Source of the DNA: Trichoplax adhaerens
Taxonomy: Eukaryota > Animalia > Placozoa
NCBI RefSeq assembly: GCF_000150275.1
Contig: NW_002060943.1
Coordinates: 2,570,462 to 2,634,461 of the forward strand
Direction of reading: 5' to 3'
DNA: 64,000 nt
In this document: piece after piece, positions 1-13,207 of the stretch
Numbering within the stretch: the stretch's first letter is position 1
Layout: each line of letters starts with the position of its first letter
Notes under the pieces: generated by a model
Seen by the model: the letters and a program-made list of their open reading frames with translations, nothing else
What the model was told of the DNA's origin: nothing
Database searches by the model: none
Position numbers and translations under genes: made by a program

Positions 1-1870
1 TTCCCATTAACAACTCCATTTTAAATATAATCTATCTACCCATTACAACCATTATATATATATATATAAAGTAATCTTTTCAAGTAGTTCTATAGTATAT
101 TTTCAATTTTTACTTCCCATTAACAATTCTATTTGTATCAAATCTGTCCATTAAAAACTTTACATATGTCTATCATCTACACCTTCATAGGCAGCGGATG
201 ATTTGATCTTTTCAAGTAGTTAGACAATATACCCGTAATTTATACGAGAGAAATAGATTTTGTTTGCAAATATCTATTAAATGGTTATAAATGACAATTA
301 ATTTATTCCCTTTTTTGCCGGTAAGATGATCCTTTTAAATTTCAATACGTAGTAAACTACAGTTAGCAATCTATTTTTTATCAATGACAATTACTTTACT
401 CTCTTCTTTATCGGCAAGATGATCCCTTTAAAGTTTAAATACATAGTAAACTAGAGTAACTTATCTATTCAACACTGATTTCTAGATGATGAAGTAGTAG
501 CGATCAAATTCAAGGCAGAAATTCTTTTTCATTTTATTTTTATTATTGCTGTTGTTGTTGTTATTATTGCATCTGCTATCCACTCAATCATTCAATCCGA
601 TAAAGTGTTCCTAAACTATAAGAAATAGTAATCTATTGTTGCTTTGCTATTAAACTCTTTTCGCCAATCTCAGTCTAACAAAATTTACCAATATAATTGT
701 ATTAAATCAAGCGAGAAGAGTAATTGTCTTCTCTACCTTACATCAATAACATTCCACTTGCTACTACCGCTCATTATCACCTCTGCCGTCAAAATTGTAG
801 ACAAAATATTTACCTTGATTAGTAAACTCGATTACTAGAGATGAATTAGTCCGCCTAGGTGTAAAACACGATCCAACTAACTCGATATAGGAATACTCTC
901 TGACATTTTTCTTTCCTCCATTTATTATTAATAATATATTCGTGATGATTTCGCCATTGAACGTTATGAAAGTAAAGTTGGCTCTTCTAGTTAATAATCT
1001 GTAATTTTCTCAATATTTTTTCAAGGTATCGCATAGCAAATCGATTAAAGATTGGATACCCATCTTCAACCTTTTTGAATATTAAATTAAATCGTTTCTA
1101 TTTTAGTTCTTCTTATTTAAAGGCGAAGTGGTCAAGCAGCTACGAGCTAGATTCGAGTCTATTGAAATTAAAAGGCGTTTAGTGCTATTTTAGAAGATAA
1201 AAGTTAATGGAGTCTTGAATCTTCAAACAGTATTGCACGAAGCCATTATTGAATGAGTCAAGAACTTTTTTTCATACTCTTCTTCATTCCCTTGACGAAT
1301 ACTCTAGCCGGTAGTGGATCCATTAATCCTCTTTTTGATCTATATTCAAAAGACGCTACGTCAACGAAAAGTCGATTAAACTGCAAGGCATTTTTCATTA
1401 TTATTCTATCGCGGTGCATCAAGGATTAATTCTCCATTAGAACAGAGCCAAGTCATCGATATTGGTAAATTATTACATGGAAAGCAAATTGGTTGTATTG
1501 TTTTATGTCTGCCATTAACAATTTTCAATGGAACCTTTTCAGGATACCCTGATATTCATTCTTTTGTGATCTTTTCAAGGCCTATATAACAGTTTAGGTG
1601 GTAGTTAATGAGACTCAGCTTGAAATCTTAGTTCATTTTATTATTTCCATCATTGATTCTATATAGTTATTATTCAAATCAATAAAATATTGATTACTAA
1701 AAATATTGGCGAGGAAAAGATCACAGGTCAAATGGAGAATAATTTATATTAGCTCTATTTCTGATTCAAGGTTGAAAGTTTGATCGTATTGGCAAGCTAT
1801 TTAAAAACACTTCTTTGTAAGTAAAATATAATTTGAATGGAATAAGCTTACAGTCTTACTATTCTCTTTA

Positions 1871-2268
1871 TGAATAATTTAGCCTTGATCTCACCATCAC
1901 AAATCGAAATCGATTAAACTATCAATTGCTTCAGTAACGTTGAAGAGCCTTTATTTCTTTCTGACTAGGCAAGATTTTAATCGAGGAGCTAGCGGGTTCA
2001 AACTGTTAATTAATTATCATCTCAAGAAGCCGTCTAGATCACCATAATACATTCATTGAGCAAAAATAAATTAAATTAATCCAGCTTAAAGTTTTACCAA
2101 TTTCTGATGAATAATTTAGCCTTGATTGCTTCATAACGAATCGAAATCGATTAATCTTCAATTACTTCAGAAACGTCGAAGAGGCTTTGTTTCCTTCTCC
2201 TTGGCAAGATTTTAACTAAGGAGACTACGGATTAAACTGTTCATTAATCATCCTCTCAAGAAGCCGTC
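1871..2268. repeat. Diverged ~165-bp direct repeat, 2 copies (1871-2034, 2108-2268)
   Basis: Both copies run TGAATAATTTAGCCTTGAT...AATCGAAATCGATTAA...GGCAAGATTTTAA...CTCAAGAAGCCGTC. Confidence 0.8.
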
Positions 2269-2997
2269 CCCTATCATCATCCATTGATTAAGCATTAATT
2301 TTTTTCAATGACTCATAAACTACGATAGAAAAGTTTGCTAGTTTAATGTCCATTTACCAAGTGGATCTATAGCTCATTACTGGATTGATATTCTCTTAAT
2401 CTACCTTCCAAGCTATAAAGAGAAATCTGTGCAGTGCTATTGATGAAGTTCATCATCATCGCCGTTTACTAATAGACTTCAATTGACATCGCACTGATTG
2501 AAAATCAACAAAGAGTGGAAAATAAGAAGGAAATTTCAATCAATAAAGTGTAAAGAAAAAGGAATTGGTTTTTTCTCCTTTTTACCTGGTTTTGGACAAT
2601 ATTATTATATTTTATGTCGCCGACGGCCTTTGATTTAATATCATCATTGCTCCTCCACGATTACTACAGATTCAATTTCAAATTTATTGAATAGGTAGTT
2701 ATTCATCCACCAAGATTTGAGTACTATTCCAATCGAACAGAATAGCATTTTCAATCTGCAATATCGCTCTGATCTGATTTCCATCCAACGTTATTGACCG
2801 GCGTAGCCTTATCGTCCATCGAACTTCATTTTATTTCAAGAGGAAGGAAGAATTGGCTCATTTTGCGCTTCCATTACTAGGAAGGAAGGCCTGAACTATT
2901 CACCAGCTTTCGGCTAATCGGAGTGGTGAAAAAGTCTACGAGGGACATTAATAAAGAGATCTTGCAGTCATTTACCAGCTTGTGATAGTGGTAGCCA

Positions 2998-3480
2998 GTG
3001 AAGTCTAGGAATTTTAGCTCTATCCCTTTACATCGAGACGTGGATCCACATTTTCTATTCTTGTACTTTTAAAACTATCGAACCGGGAGTTTCATCGTAG
3101 GATCGAGATCTGTCTTCTATATTCATTTTGAATTTAAATTAGTTGACTGAAAGAGTTTTAGCTCCGTCTTGGTATCGAGGCGTGGATTGGATGTACTTGT
3201 GTTTGTTAAGTCTGTTGAAGTAGGAATTTAGTTCTATTTCTGGATACGTAGATCATTTTAGATTCTTGTGGTTTTAAACAAGTTAAAGAAAAGAATTTCA
3301 GCGGTAGCTTAACGTCGAGACTTGCATCTTGATGTACTCGTGATTTATAGCTTATTGAACGCAGGAATTTTTGCCTACATCTTTAAATCGAGACGTGGAT
3401 CTGCATCTTAGGTAGTAGTGATTTTTTACCCATTGATTAAGCAATAACTCTTGATTAAGGCTTTCATCGACTTTTATCTG
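2998..3480. repeat. Degenerate tandem repeat, roughly 60-70 bp unit
   Basis: Recurring GAATTTTAGCTC...ATCGAGACGTGGAT-like motif at about 3010, 3155, 3292 and 3366. Confidence 0.6.
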
Positions 3481-3749
3481 CTTATATCTAGTTAAATTAT
3501 TGGATTGAAATAAGAATTTCTCTACGATCTAGAAATCAAAAATTTTAATTTATCCACAAAGTATCGACGCAACGAGCGATCATCACCTTAGGAATCACAC
3601 CTAAGGATTAGTTTATCCATTTGGAAAACATTCAATTTTTCATTTCTATTTCTTTTCCTCATCGATCCGTTAAAAATCTTTTATGAAACTTCTGCCAACT
3701 TAAATAAATTAGCTTACAAATCGATTGCAAATCATTTCAACTATCGTTA

Positions 3750-4120
3750 CTGACTGGATCCTTGTGTGGAAAATTATATCCGTCAGCAGGCTATCAACAT
3801 AGACTGGATAAAGTGCCGAAAATTATTTAAATAGCGGGCTATCATTATCGACTGGATAAAGTAACGAAAATTGTTGCAAACAGCAGGCTATCATTATTGA
3901 CTGGATAAAAGCATCGAAAGTCATTTCTAAGAGCAGACTCTCTCGTTGTTGACAGGATAAAGGTATCGAAAATTATTTCTAACAGCGGACTCTCGTTATT
4001 AACAGGATAAAAGTATCGAAAATTATTTATATTCTACCGTTCTAGACGGGATAAAAGTTTCGAAAATCTTTTCTAATAGCTACCGTTATTAACGGGATAA
4101 TCGCATCGAAAATCATTTGG
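3750..4120. repeat. Degenerate ~50-bp tandem repeat, about 8 copies, upstream of the GPCR
   Basis: Recurring GACTGGATAAA..TCGAAAATTATTT...CAGGCTATC unit. Confidence 0.8.
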
Positions 4121-4232
4121 AATACTATTCTAACGTGATTGATTTGATAGAAGAATCGATTGGCTTTTGCTTGCAATTTCCTTCTTCATATCCTGGATTG
4201 CCCTATCCTTATTACGGTACATCGCTTTGGAA

Positions 4233-5267
4233 ATGACTCATCAACCTAATAATACCACAAGTATCCCTTGGATGCAATTTTATGTTAGCCATAGCAGTCT
4301 TGTTCTTCTTTCGGTGCTTTACATCATCACTTTTATTGTCGCTGTGATTGGTAACATTATATTAATGGGCTTGGCCTATCAAAATATGACTGGTGGCCTA
4401 AAGACAGTCACCAATATTTTTATATGCAATTTAGCATTTTGTGATGTTCTCATTGCATGTCTTGTTATTCCGTATCGTTTATCCACTTATTTATTCCATC
4501 GTTGGCCACTAGGCGCATTTCTTTGCTTTATACTTCCTGTATGTGAGAAAGTCTTATTTACTGTATCAATCTTCCAATTATTAGTCATCTCGGTTATACG
4601 CTATCGTGCCATTATTAAACCGTTAAGCCCTATATTAAAAATTAATCATAGTCTAGCCATCGTTCTATTGGTATGGTGCTTATCCTTGCTAGGCAATATT
4701 CCCTTATTTATTAAACTCCATACCGATATGTTTTATTCTAAGCAATTTGATTTTTATGGACAGCCTATTATATTAACACGAGAATGTCGACCAAAATGGA
4801 ACGACTCTGGTCTCTATCCTCGCTTTTACTATACTACACAAAATTTAATGCATGGCTTGCCCATCTTAGCTAGTGTTATCATTTATATTGCCATCTTTCG
4901 AGATGTCCAATATTTACGTAATCGCCATGGATCAACAGCAAATCATCCAGCTTTACGTAGTCATGATTTGCAAACATTGCGTATTTTAGTTGGAATCTTA
5001 GTCATGACCATCATCTGTTGGTTACCTTATACTGTCATTACTACAGTTTTAATGTTTACTAAACTAACTGGAATACAATTTATATTGCCGTTAGCATTAT
5101 GTAAATGGTTTGCCATCTTTAATACATCACACAACCCAATTATTTGTATAACATCATGCCAGTGTTATCGTTTACGCTTTCTTTACCTTATTGGCAGACG
5201 AGATAGCTATATCATCGATCAAATCAATATTATGAATCGTCGAAAATCAGCCACTTCCAGTATATGA
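4233..5267 (+). CDS. Intronless rhodopsin-like (class A) GPCR, peptide-receptor-like
   Basis: Seven hydrophobic segments. Motifs: TM1 GN, TM2 NLAFCD, ECL1 WPLG..LC, TM3 IRY (DRY position), TM6 CWLPY, TM7 NPIIC, and N-terminal glycosylation sequon NNTT. First ATG is at 4233; the ORF-track start at 4167 is a TTG. Confidence 0.92.
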   Translation: MTHQPNNTTSIPWMQFYVSHSSLVLLSVLYIITFIVAVIGNIILMGLAYQNMTGGLKTVTNIFICNLAFCDVLIACLVIPYRLSTYLFHRWPLGAFLCFILPVCEKVLFTVSIFQLLVISVIRYRAIIKPLSPILKINHSLAIVLLVWCLSLLGNIPLFIKLHTDMFYSKQFDFYGQPIILTRECRPKWNDSGLYPRFYYTTQNLMHGLPILASVIIYIAIFRDVQYLRNRHGSTANHPALRSHDLQTLRILVGILVMTIICWLPYTVITTVLMFTKLTGIQFILPLALCKWFAIFNTSHNPIICITSCQCYRLRFLYLIGRRDSYIIDQINIMNRRKSATSSI

Positions 5268-7019
5268 TACATATGGCAAATTTTTCTCAACTTTGAAAAT
5301 CCATACTGAACAAATTGAATGGCTTTCTGCTCCATCCTAATCACTGACATAAGATAAATTGATTTTCATCTTTCTTGAAGGGAAGGAGAATTAAGCGCAT
5401 TAATATGGATGAAAAGTCGTTCCACTTAGGAATAGGACAACTAAAATTCAACTAAAGTCTAGGTATCCAATGAAAAGGAAATGATCGATGTCTTTCCGCT
5501 ATCTAGAACATTAAATGTAGACATTGTAATTGCATAGCTAGTAATGATAAATCTTTATCACAGCAATTTTATTCACTTTCTTGATTAAAGTGAAAATTAC
5601 GCAAATTGAAGACAAAACTAGACATTTCTTAACACTCTTTAAATACATTATAATCACATCAGTAATAATAATGAATCTATTGCACAGTAATTTTATTTAA
5701 TTTGTTGATTGAGGTGGAAATGATGCAAAATGAAGACAAAATTAGATATTTCCTAATCTCCTTTCAATACTCAATTGCTCAGTAAGAGAACTACACGTAG
5801 AGTTGATTATTTCTGCTATTCTATATAGCCTATAAGGCTTTATAATGACAATATACAGTAGTCGATAAGTATTTCATGACTAAGTTGCAACACCACTTTT
5901 AATTTCAATTGACGACAAACTGGATGGCGTTGATCGCCGAGAAATGATTATCAATATCTACTTAATATTCAACAACTACAATGAGTCTAGCTTTTCAATC
6001 ACTTAAGTCATTATAATTCTTCTTCAATCAAAATAGTGACACACTTTAGCTTGGTAAATTAAATCAAAAGGCATTTACACTTAATTGATTAATAGATGGT
6101 AATTTTGAAATTCAACAGCATTATCCTATCATCGATTTTATTTTAATTTTTTTGTTCTGTCATCTATTCTGTTGAATAATCATCCTTATCCAAAATAGGT
6201 TAAGTTTTCTAACTACTTTATCAATGATTGCATTGCAAACAGCATCGGTAATACCCATCAATATGGATTAAGTAGTTCAATATGAGTTATCTATGATTAT
6301 TCAATTCTGAAATAAAGATTATATCGAGCTATACTCCCGTTATGACTAATCTGATATTGCTAAGCTAAATAGCTGCAATGAATGTTAGGCGATGCCATTT
6401 CCTGACTTTTGACCTAACTTTCCTACTTTTCTATTTTTGCGCTTCTTAATACTTTATTGTATTCTGTATAAACATTTAGCGATCGATCCGATTTTCTGTC
6501 GAGGATACGGCATTGAATTTGCAACTATTTCCATTTATAGCCTACTAGATATTGATACTGTAATCTTTCATTCATGATGAAATTAAAGAAATGATATAGA
6601 AATGACTTTATTTGAACATGAAAACTTTTCCTGCGGTTTATGCGAGTAGTGCCAGAAGATAATAATATGTAAGCAAGTAATTTTATTAAATGATTGTAAA
6701 TGCCAAATGCTGGATTACAATTTCATGGTTCTGTTTAGCACATGTATATACTGTATATGTATATCATTATTCCAATAAATCTAAAACCTATAATTTACGC
6801 TATACGAGTATATAACGATCAACATAATGCTTTACTATGGCAATTTGATGATGAGGATTCGATTATTTGTCCATAGTCTACTGCTTTACTATTTACTTGT
6901 ATATTAAGCCACTTTAAATAAAGATTTATTCTATCAACTACGTTAAGATCTCAGCACTTAATTAAATTATTGGAATTAGTTCATCTTACTATGATTTTAA
7001 TCAGGGTCTGATAACCTAT

Positions 7020-7420
7020 AAATGAAAAATTTTCTTCCATTATCTACCCTTGCAAGGCAGAAACGGTAAGAATCGTTATGATTTTAACTGAATAATGTTT
7101 GAAAATAAGTTACAACTGACAAGTTTTTCTTGCATTATCTACCTACTGTACTAAAAAAGAAATGGTAGGAATCATGATGGTACCGCATTAAATTAGACTG
7201 CACTTGGATATAAGTTTTAAATGATAAATTTTCTTATGTTATCTACTTATTTAAGAAAGAAATGACGGGAATCATGATTTGATAGGATTTTTTTTAGATA
7301 TAAGTTTTAAATGACGGGGTTTCTTGCCTATCCAAGGAGGAAATGGCAGAAATGATCATGATTCTCATCAGATTATGCTCGGATATATATTGTAAATGAC
7401 AAATTTTTCTACGTTGATCA
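7020..7420. repeat. Degenerate ~100-bp tandem repeat, about 4 copies
   Basis: Recurring AAATGA...TTTTCTT...TTATCTAC...AGAAATGG..GGAATCATGAT. Confidence 0.6.
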
Positions 7421-8980
7421 TTTATTCTTGGACTGTTACAATATCGAATATTGCTTCAATTTTTATGGCTTAGATATTACGACTCCATTCTTCTTAAGTG
7501 AAGGCTTATACTGCATGATTGCAAAGAAAAGTCTAAATATAACTGTAAATTTAGTAAAAAATATCTTCTAGAAACTTTGATTGTTTTCGAAATTTAAATC
7601 TTCATACTGCCATAAAATTGAGGCCAACATGAAGACCAAAATAAAGAAATGTTAGATCTTATCATTATTTGTCATGGCATTAAGAGACTCTAACGTGTAG
7701 AAATTGTCTTGATGGTAGAACAGTAAATATTTTATATTACTGTAATAGCCCAAGCTCGCTAATTTTGCTTTGTAAGCCAACTTCTACAATTACTAAACCG
7801 TAAGAAAGATTATCTTATATCACTAGCAACGAAAAACTTACAGTGCAGTATGTATGAATTTCCTTCGTACTACCAGAAATGGTAGTAGAGAACTTAACAA
7901 AGTCTAATACTTTTAAACTATTTCTACTGATCATAATTATCACTAAAAGTTGAATAAATGATGTTGCTATTGGCGTTGCGACTTTTGAATAAAAATCTAC
8001 CGGAAAATATTTAGAACAATGTTTTTGGTATATAATAAATTTGTTTCAAATTATTTCTTCGTTTTATTTCATATACAATCTATTTTCTCAATTGTAATAT
8101 CAGCTAAAGGGTGCCAAGTGGATTTATTTACTAAAAGCCATATTTATACTTTATTATGCAAAAGCTTATGTTTACCAATAGCACATAGAGACAAAATTGT
8201 GCAATTGCTACTGACGTGGAAACCTATTGTAAGAGATTTGATAGAAGAAACAATATGATATTGTAAGTCATATTTACGTTTAGCAGTAACAAACACAATT
8301 TTAAGCCCTTCTAAATTACACGATTAATTGCCACCTGATTGATAGATAGAATTAAACTAATCAGGTTCAAATTGATCAAGAAATAATTGATGATTAATAT
8401 CTGTAAAATACCATTTTGAATGATATCTAAATGCGATTCCGTCATAGAGGTAAGCATAGTCTTTAACTAGAATAATCAAATAATTTATAGCTATATAGAT
8501 TTTGCAGACTTTGCGGTGCCAAAAAGACAGCTATTATCGTGTATGTAATGAAAAGAAATCGGCTACACCTACGATTTAAATTTAAAGCTAAAAGCTCAAT
8601 GATGAATAGTATAAGAGACTGGATGTGAATAAAGTCAAATAATTTCTGATTTATGCGAATTATCTTTATCTTTCTTTTATTATGTTGCGAAGAATATCCA
8701 TCAGGAGACGTTTTATTTAGCTTCTAAGTACCCATAGTGATGTTTGCTATAATATTATTCCGAGGACAATAATATATCCTATTAATGCAAGCAAGTCATA
8801 ATTTATATCTCAATTTATATAGTAGCATAATATAAAGTGTTGTTTATTTGTAAAGATCTTTGTGTAGTGATTGTTTTAGATCTGATGATTATTGGAATAT
8901 GTTTATCAGAAAGAAAATTAGATATAAATTAAAATTAGGAAATAATTTGATGATTTTAGCTGATTTTAATATGTATCAAG

Positions 8981-9540
8981 TGGCCTAGATTATAGACCTT
9001 TGAGAAAATCTTCTCAAACCTACGTATAAGTATTAATCTGCAGTACAAATCACTTCAGTTCTTTATAATATTGAAATTTATATTATTCACTTAATTTAAA
9101 TATATTACAACTGGCCTAGATTATAGACTACGAGAAGATCTTTCACTTCTCGTGTATCATTATTAATCTGTAGTATAAAATACTTGAGTTCTTTATAATA
9201 CAGTATTCAAATTTATAATATTTATCTAATTTATATATATTACGACTGGCTTAGATCATAGACTACGAGAAGACCTTGCAATACCTAAGTATATTATTAG
9301 TCTGCAGTATATATCACTTCAGTTCTTTATAATCTTCAAATTTATAATATTCACCTAATTTAAATATAATACAACTAGCTTAGATTATAGACTACGAGAA
9401 GATCTTCCAATACCTGTACACAATCATTAATCTACAATATAAATTACTGCAGTTCCTTATAATATTCAAATTTATATGATCCACCTAATTTAAATATATG
9501 CCAACTGGCCTAGATAATTAACAGACGACGAGAAGATCCT
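8981..9540. repeat. ~130-bp tandem repeat, about 4.3 copies, upstream of UMPS
   Basis: TGGCCTAGATTATAGAC.ACGAGAAGATC recurs at about 8981, 9112, 9247, 9376 and 9505. Confidence 0.85.
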
Positions 9541-9856
9541 CTATTACGGGTGCATACAGTATACCTGGTAATCGTAATACAATGATATATCACGCGTAAA
9601 ATTGATAGTTATGAGTGATCAGATATTATTGATAATGGCCTACAAGAAGGTGGCCTTCTTCTTGCCCTCTAACCTTCTACTATATCCTTTCTACTTCGTG
9701 TTCAAATTATTCTTCACTTGGTTGGATAATATCCACCTTAAGCCCACATCATATGGTTGCTGTTCTTAGCGTAGATTTCGTTAGAGCGTGCGCAGTTTAT
9801 GTTCCTGCTAGGTCTATTTTACTAGTAGTACTGAACATCACAAGTCACAATCCGTT

Positions 9857-12800
9857 ATGGCTGCAACTCTATTAAGTTCATTGCGAAGTATTTTATTGCA
9901 ACTTTTCGATAGTGGAGCAATTAAATTTGCCGATCCTGGGCAAGAATTTACTTTAAAATCTGGAGCAAAGTCACCTGCATACTTTAATTTGCGAACGTTG
10001 AACAATAATGCGAAGTTAAGGGTAAGCTTGAGCTAGTCTATCATTCAGTTCGATCGATGCGTGCAGAAAAGCAACCTCCAAGGTGTTGCAATTAGTTCAA
10101 CAAGTTCGGTCATCGAGCGTATGCGATTTGATCATCAACTTTTCTTACGGATGTACAATAAGACTAAAATTGCTTCGTTTTGATCTCATCGTTCTGATTT
10201 ATAACTGTACTCCATAGGAAGAAGCAAGTGGACTAATGTGGCAAGCTTGCCAATTAGGTGACAACGCGACCTACGACTGTATCTGTGGTGTACCGCTTGG
10301 AGCAATTTGTTATGCCGATGTAAATAGCATGAGGATAAGAATGGATTAATCTGTACCCTTAGAGAAATCATTTCTATCTGTAAAAGAGCTATCTGATCGT
10401 TGTAGGCAATTGATACGTTTTAAAGGAAAAAATAAATTGATTGATTATAGGCAATTTCTCTTGCTCATGATCTACCATTGGTGCTGAAGAGACCATTTGC
10501 CAAACAACATGGTGTTTCCAAGGTAAGACTGTAACGTACGCCAGGCTTTGAACATCAGTTATAATTACAGGGGCTTGACTATTCTTTGCTCTATTCAATC
10601 TTGCCTCATATAATATGTCAAGTAAATTAGACATAAAGCTCATCATAATCGTTCGCTTTCTTAATATAGCCAGTCATTCCTAGATTGTACTTGATCTTGT
10701 TTTGTATAGTTTGTGCATTAGTTGTTAAAGTAGCCGTTTGGTCGATATTCGTAGAAGCAATCATTATTGCGAATGTGATCAACGCGGCTGATCTATCGAG
10801 TAACCTGTATATTTTATTCTGCTTGTCTATGGGTTTGAAATATACTACAACTACAATTCAATTTACTTGATACGCCTTTCAAGTATTGATTCTGTTCTAC
10901 TTTATGTCGAAATTATCATGCGATTGTGCCTATGCTAGGTCAAGGTTGATCGATGACCAAAATTTCTTAGTAATACTAAAACTAGATAGATAATGTCGCC
11001 AGGCAACATTCAGTTTGCGGCACGATAGAATATAGATATGAAATACAGAATATCTATTCACTGACGCCAATTTACGATATTCAATTTACTGCGGAATGAT
11101 CTTGTGCCTATTGACCTATTACTAATACTCCGCTACTTGGTACCTTCCAATCCTAGAAACTTGTTGATAGTGATTTACCAAAAGGAAGTAACTGTCTTGT
11201 TGTTGAAGATGTTGTCACTAGCGGGACAAGTGTAATAGAGACTGTGACGGTAAGTTAAAGTTAAGAAAAAGTAATTAAAGGCTTGATACTTGTGCATTGG
11301 AAAATGGGAGTGTTTGTTTCTGACGGCTATAATTGATATAAAGTAAAATTTGTATATTTAATATTGGCGTACTCCTAGGCTTTAAGAGATGCAGGATTTG
11401 TTGTAACTCATGCTGTTACATTTATTGATCGCGAGCAAGGTGGTAAGGAAAGACTTGGAACAGAATATAATGTCCATTTGTCAAGGTATTCGTTGCTAGT
11501 AATTTGGTAAAAAACGTTAAACAAACATACATACGCGTTTGCACAACATCTAGAATTGAGTTGTCTCATTCAGTGTCAAAAAGTCTAATCAAAGAATTGA
11601 TCAATTTATTCGATAACTAGTGTCTGTACAGGATCACAGGTGTTAGACATCCTTTACCAAAATAATAAAATTTCCACAGAATTAAAGGACTACGTTCAAC
11701 AGTACCTTTCTGCAAATAACATGATTGTTGCTAAAGAACCACCAGTGCAAGCTAAACAAGTAACAGCGAACTAAAAGTTTGAAGAAACCAGTGATAATAA
11801 GGAATTGAATAATGTTATCTTCAAAATTTACTTCTTCCTTTTAGCTTAACTTTCAAGAGAGAGCGCTTTTAACCGCAAATCCGGTCGCGAAGAAACTATT
11901 GAACATTATGACGCAAAAGTCGACTAATTTAATCTTTTCTGCTGATGTTGATAGTCTGGATACCTTACTCGATGTAAGGAATAAGCTTTTATTATTTTTT
12001 AGAATAAACTTGTTTTGTCTGCACTTTAAAAAATAAATTTTTGAAACACGGATAAATAACATCACCTCTTGATTTGTTTTAGTTGGCATCTATTGTTGGA
12101 CCCCATATTTGTGCTATCAAGACGCACATAAATACATTTGCAGTTGAAAATTTCAAACTTGACCTAATTTATAAATTGCGTAATGTAGCAGACGAGCAAA
12201 ATTTCTTGATACTGGAAGACAGGTAAGCAAACTTTATTTATCGAACAAAACCTGACATTATTTGAAGTATTTATCTAACATGGCCGAACTATCCCTTCTA
12301 TTATAGTAAATTTGCTGATATCGGTAATACAGTTTACAAGCAGTATGTAGATGGATATCACATATGTGAATGGGCAGATTTTGTAACTGCTCATGCCGTT
12401 TCTGGCCCTGGTGTTATTGAAGCTCTTGTGAAGGTACTTATTAAAAGTGCAATTATTAGTTTAATGTTGGATATTGTAGTATTTTCAATTAGGATACTTT
12501 TAAAATATTGACTGATGTGATTTGATTAATTACTTGATTGACATTATTAAACTTAGGGTAGTGGCAATCGAGATAGAGCATGCCTTTTAATTGCTCAAAT
12601 GAGTTCCGATGGAAACTTAGTTTCGGAAGCTTACACAAATGGTAGTTTTTACTGATGATATCTTACTTGAGTCATTCTGATTGAAGGCTATTAGATATTA
12701 GTACATGAAGTTAGAAATTCCAATATATTCATAATATAATTAATTAGGTGTTCTTAAGATTGCCGAAGACCACAGCGGTTTTGTAGCTGGATTTATTTGT

Positions 12801-13207
12801 AGACAGAAGCTATCTAGTAAACCTAATTTTATTCATATAACGCCAGGTAAATTTGCCACATCATGTAATATGCGCAAATTTGATTCTTATTTAAGCAGTG
12901 ATAACCGAGATATAATCAAAGTTTACAACGCATGATTTGCTTCAGGTGTTAAGCTTGCAGCTGGAATGGGAACTCTTGGTCAGCAGTATTTGACACCGGA
13001 TGAAGTACTGAAGGATGCACATATTCTGTTAAAACACTTACTTATGTAACTTTGGATATTCTTTATTTCTATTTCGAATAGGTCATTAAGAATAGGCAGA
13101 GTGATGTTGTTATTGTTGGTAGTGGAATATACCAAGCTGAAGATCCACTTGCCGCAACTATTGCTTACAAAGAGGCTGCCTTTGCTGCTTACAATGATCT
13201 ATTGTAG
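9857..13207 (+). CDS. UMPS: Bifunctional UMP synthase (OPRT + OMP decarboxylase), 13 coding exons
   Basis: Approximate exons: 9857-10021, 10218-10319, 10451-10522, 11157-11249, 11379-11485, 11621-11759, 11845-11973, 12083-12222, 12307-12433, 12557-12641, 12748-12846, 12946-13003, 13082-13207. All junctions GT-AG and in phase. Motifs: [21 protein letters not shown] (PRPP binding), [31 protein letters not shown]. Confidence 0.95.

Noticed and set aside
4167-4232. ORF-track N-terminal extension of the GPCR
   Set aside because: Starts at TTG. Eukaryotic initiation at ATG 4233 gives a normal short glycosylated N-terminus.
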